Positions 37,645 to 47,700 of a stretch of DNA of 64,000 nt are shown piece after piece. Numbering within the stretch: position 1 is the stretch's first letter; the number at the start of each line of letters is the position of its first letter. The notes under the pieces are model-generated. The model did no database searches. It had not been told where the DNA came from and was given only the letters and a program-made list of their open reading frames with translations. The position numbers and the translations under genes were made by a program. This DNA is from Amoebophrya sp. A120 (taxonomy: Eukaryota; Protista; Dinoflagellata): assembly GCA_905178155.1 (NCBI GenBank), contig CAJINV010000003.1:10346339-10410338 (forward strand), given 5' to 3'.

Positions 37645-40600
37645 ATGGAGACTTCGGGGGCAGGTGCAACGAGGAACCCGGCCTGGCCGCAAAAGGCATC
37701 CCACAGTCTGCGTCCGGCCTCAGCACCCTTGCGACGTGGGGTTCGTCGGAGCCGCGACGTGAGAAACTTGGCGGAGCCGGAAAGCGCGGGGACTTCGGTT
37801 GCAGGAGGGGATGACGAAATTGGGAACAACAGCTCGACAAAACCTCCGAAAATCTGGAAAGGAATGCGGTCCGCGGCACCCGACCACCAGCCTTGGAAGG
37901 AGAGTGTAGCGAAGATTCCGGGAAGCGAATACTACAATCGTAACGCCTACGAGGTATCGTCTATGGAACAGTTGAAATTCGACCAGCAGTTGTACCGGTC
38001 CTACAGTCGAGCAGACAATCCGCTGCAACGCAGCTATGCCAGCGGGACCCACCCGAATGTCACCCTGCGCGGTGTGCCGCTGCCCGGAAGCAGCTCCGGC
38101 GGCTATGCAGCACCAGATGAGGAACAGACGGGGGGACCGCGGGGATCCGGCAACAGCAACATGGCGTCAAGATTGGAGCGCACTGCAGCCGGTGAGTTCC
38201 GTCGCCCGCAAACCGGTGGTCTTCACCTCCGGACTTTTGACGGACACGAGAGGACTCTCACTGTAGGTTTAACGGTGAAAAAGGACCCCGACTCGACGTT
38301 TGGAGAGGCATATGGGGATAACACCGGCAGTATCAAATGAATCTGAAATAAATGCGTTTTTCTTCATTGGGTTCGGAACAAGCGTGTGCCGCTTGGTTGT
38401 CATGCACCTTTTGAAGGACGCACGGACAGGATACCGGTGATGGTCTGCAATGCACGTTGAAGAAGCTCCTGTGGCACCTTTTGGCGCCGCTCATGCAATA
38501 CTGTTACGGATTTTTTTTTTTTGCGATCGACATCGATATTCGAGAACGAGAGCTGGCATAGATAGGGCTCTTCAGAGAGTTTATTATTGCAGTTTGCAAT
38601 GCTCCGACTCCGAGAGACGCTGACGCAGACACATTTGCAATTTACATGCAGCTTCGGGACAGCAGCGATGCGCGCGAGTGGCAGGATGAGACTCGGCCGC
38701 GGGCAGCAAGGTTTAACTGCGGACCCCGTGGCAGCGAACGATGAGGCTGCAGCTGGTCTTCATGAAGTAGAAGGAACGTCCTCTGGGGCTCTCGAATTGC
38801 AGCTGTATAGTCAGTATGCATTGCCAAAGTATCGCATTACAGTTGTAGCCTAAATTCTCGCAAAGCAACTTCAAGTATTTTATTTCATCAAAAGGAAAAG
38901 TAAAAGGAAACAAAAGGAAAAAACAATTTGTAATCGTAATGCTGATTCATTGTGATTGGGATTAGCCATAATTGGCATTGCGGCCATTGGAGGCTCCAGG
39001 TAGTTAGATCTGCAAGTGCATTGCTAATGCATGAATGCGGTAAAATAAAGCATCAGGACGAGCGCGATATTTTTCAGAGGATAGCTCGCAGAAAGCAGCG
39101 CAATACCTGGGCACGACGGGCTTTGAGAGGTTACCCAATGGAGATGCATCAAACGAAAAGGTCGTGGTCAAGCTACCGCTAGGTTGGACGAAGCACCGTA
39201 GCACTCCTGAAGATGGAGGAGTTGCTGGCGATGCAAAACGTAGTAAAGCGTTTTACTATAATCGCTTCACAGGTGAGTCGCGCTGGGAGCGCCCTACTGC
39301 AGTTGACGTGTCCGATATGATGTACACGGAGCCGGCAACGAAACGCAAACAGGAGCTGAATGAGCAAAATACAAAAGAACAGGCACAGCAGATTGCTGCT
39401 ATCGAGCAGAATGTTGTGGAGGGAGACGGGCTTCACGATGTCGACGAAAATCTTCCCGATATTGTGCTCTTTTTTATCATCATCTACCGCTACTTGCGAA
39501 TGAATTACCGAAGGTTGCAGAAGCAGCTAAAGAAGGCCTTCGAAAAGCAGGTGGATGAGGAGGTAATGGCAATATTGATGCGAGAAAATGAAGCGTTTGC
39601 ACTAACCCATATGGGCGTAGGCGTAGACCTTGTCGAGTACGTGGAGCCCTTGGAAACCAGAAAGATTCCTCAGAGTGCAACCGTCCACCCCTTTCTGTCG
39701 GAAGCGGAAGCGAAAACGTTGCTGCTGCGCATGCCAGCCCTTGGAGATGGTTTTGAACACTTCAAGACGTGGACGATGGAGGTTGGTAGACGTACTCGAG
39801 AGATCGTATGGGACTTTGGAATTAATGCGTTACGCTGGTCGCTCTCGCTGCTTTTGCATGATTTCTTCTCATGCAGAATCGCTATCGCCATATTGAAATA
39901 AGAAATTTTTCGTTCCAGATCTGTAACGCAAGACGCGCACGCTTCTCCCTTTCATTTTTGCTATTCCTGCGTCACAAAGAAAGTGAAATTCATGCTCATG
40001 CAGCAGCGAGTAGTATAACGCTTGAGAACGGCATAGAACGGCCGGGATGCTTGGATCCGTAGCTTGTGGGAACGATTAAACTATCAGGTACGTCGAGCGC
40101 ATTTGTTGAGCAAGCCTTTTTATTTCGTCGATAACTTCTTGTATACTGCACTTGCATGATCAATTTATTGCCAACAGCAGCACCACATCCGCACTATTAT
40201 TTCGCTCATTGCAGTTTTGGACAAAATACAAGTCTGCGAAAGTCGCACGATCAACCTACCAAATAATAGGCTCGCGGCCAGCCAAATGCTTCTTCTGTTC
40301 ACTCTTGTTCCTCTTCCTTCAGCACTTTTTTTTCCACTATGTATGTACCTGAATCCACTTGCATAATATCAGGCTGAAGACGAGGAGAGAGGGAAAGTAC
40401 CGGCAAAATCGTACTCCCTTGCGAGCCTTCAGGAGGAGCATGGTGGGCTGGAACACTGTGTGCTAATGGAGCGCGAGCTTCGGGAATATCCACAAAAAAA
40501 CAACCATCCCCACCCATTTTTTACATGGCAAGTAGTGAAACTTACGCACATTTTGCGTGACAAATTGGATGGGGATGATTCTTTTTTTGTGAATAGGGAA

Positions 40601-40822
40601 CGCGTACTGGAGATCTGTAGTGAAAAAGCCAGCACCTACGAGAAGCTCGCCCTCAAGCAGCGCACTGGGACCGCCCAAGACATGGCGCGACTAAAGGAGG
40701 CACAGAGCACATTACATCGCGAGCAGCAGGATTTAGCCAAACTCCGAAAGCAAAAAGAGGAGGTTTCTCGTGTATTGAAGCGAGTGGACAACAGCTACGA
40801 TACCAGAAAACTTGACAGATAG
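37645..40822 (+). CDS. WW-domain protein with C-terminal coiled coil
   Basis: LPLGWTKHRS...AFYYNRFTGESRWERP is a WW domain. Phase-compatible GT-AG introns at 38263-39160 and 39782-40372, MITE insertion at 40487-40600, TAG stop at 40820-40822. Confidence 0.75.
40487..40595 (+). mobile_element. 109-bp family-A MITE inserted in a coding exon (probable intron)
   Basis: TIR TATCCACAAAAAAA..CATCCCCA / TGGGGATG..TTTTTTTGTGAATA and perfect duplication GGGAA (40482-40486 / 40596-40600). Removal gives ELRE|RVLEICSEK. Confidence 0.9.
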
Positions 40823-41772
40823 CAGCTCCACTCGCACACAATGCAAGAACGCGAGAGCAAGTGTCTCCAGATAACCCTCATTAAATGCTACGCTGTGGCG
40901 AGACCTTCTTCATGCTCATCTCGACGCGTTAAACTCCCAGACCATAGAAGTTTGTTTCGGGAGGTTGTTTATTCACTTTCGCAAACCACGACGAACAGTA
41001 GCGTAGGAGGACCGGCACAGGCTTAGGCTTACTAAATAGACTAAGACATCAGGCACTTGGAGAAGATCTGACTGGGTCGGATTTACCACCGAACGCGAAA
41101 CCCAACGAACCGAGGATGAACAGAAGGGAGAGTCGTGGCGTTTTTTGCTAGGCGACGCGAGGACGAAGGAAGAGGAAGAGCTAACCTTCCTGGTCAGAGT
41201 CGTGCTCGTGGTTATCTGAAATTTTGTACGAAGAAACAAGAAACGCAAGATGAACCGATGAGATGTGCTGACTGACACTCTTGAGCATCGAGGTCGGCCA
41301 GCGTCTGTTCGCAGCCTGGTGCTGTTCTTTTAGGAATAGCCCTCTCGTCCTGCAGATGTGAGAAGAGAGCGCTATTAGAACTTACCTCCTGGGGCCTTTT
41401 TTTTTCGGACTTCGTGCAACTGGGTTTAAAACTTGAAGCCACCGCACCGGGACGATTGGCCTCTACAGCTTTGTCAATATTTCATTTGGCAAGTTGGATG
41501 CGCGTGCAAGAAAAAAGCTTTGGTTATGTTGAGGCTTGGGCACGTACGTACCCCCACCCCTATTCGTTGCCCTTGTTGGTGCTCTAGGGAGAGAGCGAAG
41601 ACCGAAACCAATGATGCGTAATTATATGTCTGGTCAGGTCAGACCCAGGCTGTGTTTGCTTTGTAAGATGTTGATTCGCGTTTGTGCTGTGACGACGTTG
41701 ACGCCTAGGGAAGGGCTCAGGTCAGGAAAGCGATCTAGGAAGTATTCGACTCGTTTTTGTATGTGTTGAAAT

Positions 41773-44700
41773 ATGAACAACCGACTGGAGAACGTGAAGG
41801 TGTTTTGCCGGGTGCGGCCGCGACTTCAGCACGAATTGGATTGGGCGCCTTCCGACGGCACTGCCGCGGCGCTGGATTCGAATAGAAGCTCGCAGAAACG
41901 GACTTCTGTTTCGGCACAGGTACAAATACAATCAGATAACTGGTTTCAAATCACCAATAACAACACCACGGTCGAGGTACCGCACACAGCGCGGCTTGCT
42001 GCGGAGCCCGCGACATGGTGGGATCCGGCCCATGGCGCGAACAGAGACCAACTCCCGAGCGATGTGAGCAACTCGAACACACCCGCAGGTGTAACGACGA
42101 CGACGAGCAGTGTTCTGGCTTCTAGCAATTCGATTGCTCCTTCGTCCTCGGCGACGTCCAACAAGTATGCCTTTCGGTATAATGGAGTCCTTATGCCACA
42201 GAAAAAGATAGGCTCAGGGAGGGGCAGGGCATATTTGTAAATGCAGAAATAAATAAAGTAAACAGCATTCTAGCTACACGATCGATCGCCTATGACGTAT
42301 TTCAATTCCTATTTGTCTTGCTTTCTTGATTGCGCATCCTCGCCTACAGCCAGTGAGTGTCCGCTGCCTGGCCGGCAGCGAAGCCATGCGCGACAAAGCT
42401 AACAGCCGGCACACAGACTTACGGGCAGAAGGCTCCTGCTCTCAGAAAGAGCTGAGCCTGAGGAAAAGCGAAGGACGAAAGAGAAAAGAGAGAACAGGAC
42501 TACAACATAGATTACGCAGAGAGCACTCGCGCCAGACTGGGATGAGTTTTTTGCGCGCTACCTTCAGAGCGACCTGGCCAGCCGCGTCTAAATCGATAGG
42601 CACTCGAGCGCAATGCTTTGCAATAAGTGAGTCGCGCCGTCTCCGGGGGGCCGCCCCTGGTCTCACTGTAGAAAACTAAGCAGGAAAAGGATCCCACCAC
42701 GCGCCGCATTCAGAGGGTTGGAAGGCGCTTCGTCTTGGTCAGCTCGCCAGGACGTAGCGCCCATCCTGTGGAGCTTCGTTCAACGCGAAGAGGTTCGGGA
42801 GCATTTCTTGGCGAGAGCCTTTCGGTGGTCTCGTTAAGGCTCGAGGCTCCTCGAGGGGGCTGCTGCGCAGTCAGTAGGGGTCAGAGGTCAAAGCGTAAGT
42901 ACTGTGAGCCGTTTTTGTGATAGATTTGTCGGCTCTTGACCTCTAGGCCAAAGAATAGAGCTACCAAGTCCCGCCTCCTGCTGTACGTGTGCTGGTAGTT
43001 GCGCCTGGTTCGTAGGAACCTCCGAAACAAGCCCGCCCCAGAATGAAGCGCGGCCCAGCAATAACAACAACAAGAAACGGGGTATCAGGGCAGGCTGTTC
43101 CTGGCGCGCGTCGAAGGAGGGAGTAGTGTCGAGCCCAGCGCGAGATCATCACTATCACTGTGGTCATTCTGCGTTATCCTGCCTGCTTTCTTCCCCTCGA
43201 TACTCCTGGGTCCTGAGGCGGGTCAGGACGACGTGTGGTCCATGCTGAACATGGATCACATCCTGTCCCAGCTCCTGGAGGGGTACCACGGTACTATTAT
43301 CGCCTACGGCCAAACGGGATCCGGCAAGACCCACTCCATCGAGGGCGTACAGTACAGCGACGCCGGCCAAGAACGAGTGGAGCCGGTTTTCCTGGAGCAC
43401 ACGCCCAAGGAAAATTATGGTCTCATCCCACGAATCGCGCACGCCATCTTTGCAAAAATCACAGATGCAGGCCATGAAAATACGCTGCAGCGCCGGCCCA
43501 ATCATGAAATGAAAAACAAGAAGCCGGAAATGAAGAGCGAAGTGGACGCAGAAGGAGATGAAGCAGCACTGCTTGCCTGTGAAGAGGAAGACGGCGAAAC
43601 TGGTACTAGCAGTGACGATGCAGGACCGCTGGACGCAGGGACAGACGCTGAGAAGCTTGGGAGAGACGCAAAAGTTAATAGCTCGTGCATATTATGTCGG
43701 CCTCCGCTATGGGTGTGTAAGGTTTGAAATAATTGACAAATAAGAATAAGTTGCTTTATAGCGAATGCATAAGATAAAGATTATCGACGCCAGTCGACGG
43801 CGTCGGAGTCCCAGTTTCTAGTTGGTGCCTGAAAAAATTTTTCAGCGCCGAAATCCAGTTTATCGCGTTGTTTGGGCAGGGACGACCTCTTTCGTGACAA
43901 AACATATATAAATCCAGTTACGATAGGGCTTCTAAAGTAGCACGACGACGTCGTGCTACTTTAGAAGCCCTATCTCCAAGCAACCGCAAACAGGCTACTT
44001 GCAATGATCTTCTTCACTTACCTGCTCTCTAATGCTTGCAGGCACTCTGCGCCTTATATTTTTCGGATTAGAACATGGGGCTGCGTTCCCGGTTTCGGTC
44101 GGTTTAGCTTCACGAGTTATAAATATATTACATCTACTAAGAACTTTGTCCTTGTCGATTATTTCAAGCCTGACGCTTCCATAGCAGCTAGAACGCGCTC
44201 AATTTGAACAATACGGAGCCCGCTTATGCCTGTGCAAGTGCATGATAGAGTGCACAGGCGTGTTGATCCTCTGCGCGCTGCAGCTTGGCGTGACAGGTTT
44301 TGATGTACGGATTTCTTCGATGCTTTTTGACCTTCTCCTTCGGTATTTTCATAGATATATCCGTGGGTCCGTGTAATCCCAGACCGCCATCCGAAAGAGC
44401 AAGAGAGACGCGAGTCATTCGCTTTGTCCATCGCAGACTGTTCGAGGCGGAGTGATTGTATTATCCGAGGCTTTCATAATGCAAGACCGACGAGCAGCCT
44501 GGTGAGCCTGACGCTAGCAGCAACGTGGAGCGGAATTTTGAGGTTCGATGCAGCTTTTTGCAGATTTACAACGAGAAAATCTATGACCTGTTGAGTTCAG
44601 AAGTCGCGGAAACCTACATCGGTTGCGATGACGACCGTGGAGGTCCTCGTAGAAAGAGAAGAACATGCGCCGAAGCCGATGATGAAGCCAACGAGCACGA

Positions 44701-47700
44701 GGAACAAGATGAAGAGAGAGCACATCTTTCAGATGCGGGCTCTGTATACGACGAAGAGAGCGAGTTCGACGACCACGGCGCAGACTGCGAGACGAGCGAC
44801 GCCGAGAAAGATGCGAACGGAGACGTTTCATCTTCTGCATTAATGAAAAGCGCACCTCCTCGCAAAAAGAGCAAGCTGCCGGATGATATGGAGAAAACTA
44901 GAACTACATCAATTTGTGCGGGCAACAAGAGCGCCGGTACCGGATCTGCAGAAGCAAGTATGGCCGCGCCATCACGGAAGCCCTACGCAGGCCGGAGCAG
45001 TATATCGCTTGCGAAAATCTCGGGCCGTCGAGGCCGAGGACGGCATCTCCGGCTTCGACATCAAAGAGGCGAGTTCTTTGCAGAGGATTTACTGGAATGC
45101 AACTGCAAGTGCCCCCAAGAGTTGCTCAGGTATTTCCAGGCGGGGATCCGAGCGCGCGTCATCGCACAGACAATCATGAACCAGTGTTCCAGCCGGAGTC
45201 ATGCAATTTTTGAAATCACTGTGGAAAGTAAAAAGCTCGGGAGCAGAGCAAAGCTGCAGCTGGTAGCAGACCCCCAGGAGTGTGTTTCTGTTCTTTTCAT
45301 TTTGATCAAGTAAAGATAGCTTTTGATTCAAATATGCTTGATGTCGATGTCACGGTGTAATAAATTTGATTCACAATTGTCACGTCCTTTCTCCAAAAAA
45401 TGGAAATCGAAATACGATCTGTACGAGTAGAAGCTAGGCGGGCCGCACCCGATCATATCAATCATTCGCATGTAGGTGGACCTTGCCGGGTCTGAGCGTC
45501 CTTTCGCTCGCGCTAATTCAACTGGAGTAACCGGCGACACTGGTGCGGTGACTTGTACTAGCAGCTCCGCGATATCGTCTGCGACCAGCACACCTCGCGG
45601 AGAGCGTTTGCAGGAAACGGTGCAAATCAACACGTCCCTTTTCATCCTGCGGAAAGTCATCACCGCACTAGCTTCTGGGTCCAGGAACAAGCACATCCCT
45701 TTTCGAGAGAGTAAAGAATGACAAATATTTTTATATATTATAGCATCAGTCAACCACATCCATATCACATCGACAGTTCCTGTTCCAACTTGGCAGTTAC
45801 GATAAGGATAAGCATATCGATGTCATCGTTTTTCCGAGTGGAGTTGTTGCACATTGTCACTTTCGCACAATGATTGAAGAGTGCAGTTTTAGTTGTGGTA
45901 GCACGGACATACTCGATGAAACTCCAAAATGATAGGTAAGCTGACATGTCTGCTGCAACACGCAATCATCCAGGGGAATTCCAACACGATAATGCTTGCC
46001 TGTATTTCGCCGGCTCAGGAATATTTGCAAGAATCGCTGAGCACGCTCCATTACGCCTCATTGTGCTCGCGATTGAAGACATACCCCTGCCGCAACGTGG
46101 ACCCGAACCTACTGATGATTGACAGCTTGAAAAAGTTGCTGCTAAAGGCACACAACTACATACGTGAAAAAGAGGACGGAAAACTGCCGCCCGCGCTGCT
46201 CGAGCTGTCCCCGGATGACGAAGACCAGCGGGAGGGTTTCGGGGAACAAAACCAAGAGCTGGCAGCAACACTCACGGGCCTCCAACTGCAGCCGCTGGCA
46301 GCATCATCTGGAGGAGTCGCTATCTCTACTTCATCGGCGTTTGCTGGGCCGCATAGCTCGTCGACGCATAGCTCGTCGACGTATCTGGACATGTACACTA
46401 CTAGTCAACAGAAGGGCAGCATGCAATCCCGTGCCACGGCGGGATTGAACTATGGTACTACTGGGAGCGGACATAAAACAGCAGAAAAGCTCCTGCGTAA
46501 TCGGTTTGCTGGAGCCTATTACACCGATACCGGCGTGGGTGGAGGGGGCGCGATAGGTTATCTGCGTCCTGGTGAAGAGTTGGGCTTCATGGAGGCTCTT
46601 GCTCCTGAGCAGAACTCGCACAACCTAGCCCCATCGGCTTCTAAAAGCGGTCATTCCTCTCGTTACTATCAATTTCCGGGAGGCCGCGAAAACTCCGGAC
46701 TCGGATTGGGAGCAAGCACGGTTCAGGCATATGGATGCCCAGCTTCTTGTTCTTCCTCTGCAAAAAGGACTACGGATGCTCCAGGTGGAAACAACCTAGA
46801 CCACGATAACTGCAACAGAAGTATAAATATGACTTTCGTAGCAAGTGTTTAATAGTTCTCGCAGGCTTCTTGTTGTAGGCTTGTGCAAATAAAGCAGATA
46901 TTGATAGACGGCTGATGTAGAAGTAGAAGTGACTTGCCAAACACGACCGCTACACAGGATACACGAATATTGAATCCGAAGTGTATTATAATGGCAAAAA
47001 GTCGAATCAGGAGCGTCCCTGACCGCCGGATTTTCGGCTTAGAAGGCTCGCTGCGAAAAAAAAATGCCATATACTTACTTCGTTATATTATGTGCCGATG
47101 CCGGAGCCGGACAGCAAAAGAAATAACTTACGTACGCTTTCGCTTTCAGGTGGTGTCAGTGTGCGACGGCTGGCCCGGTGGTTTCATGCGCAAGACGATC
47201 TTTTCTATGGCATTAAAAAGCCCGACGTTTCAAAACCATCAGCAGATCTCCTCGAAAACGCGGTACGTAAGCATCTGGCTTCTTCCTCCAGAAGTGCTCA
47301 TCAAGCGAGAGTAACTGAAAGCGACGAATTGAAGCACGACGAGGACGCCAGCGGCGAGACCGCGACTGCAACATCGCACAGCAGCACGACGAGGAAGAAC
47401 CGGTCGAGTCTACTCTCAGGAACTGAAGAGGAAATGTTACGCAGGACGGCCGACCAAGATCAAGAACAAGATAGCGGAGGACAGGAAAAATCCAGTCACG
47501 AAAATCCAAATCTAGCAAGCCCAAGTTCCGATGTGCTGCGCAATAAACGTGGTGGCCTCTCATTTCCGATAGTTATGTCGCCCGTGTTTGAGGGCGAGAA
47601 CGAGGACGCAGAGAGTGTTCTCGAAGCAGATCCTCCGAGGACCGCTTTTTCGACGAGCTTTGATCGTCCCCGCACACCCACCAGCACTCGAATGACCACA

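Noticed and set aside
39460-39513. Possible 54-nt in-frame TAT-starting intron in the WW gene
   Set aside because: No inverted repeat or ATA end, and the candidate 5-bp repeat gives a stop codon; cannot be supported.
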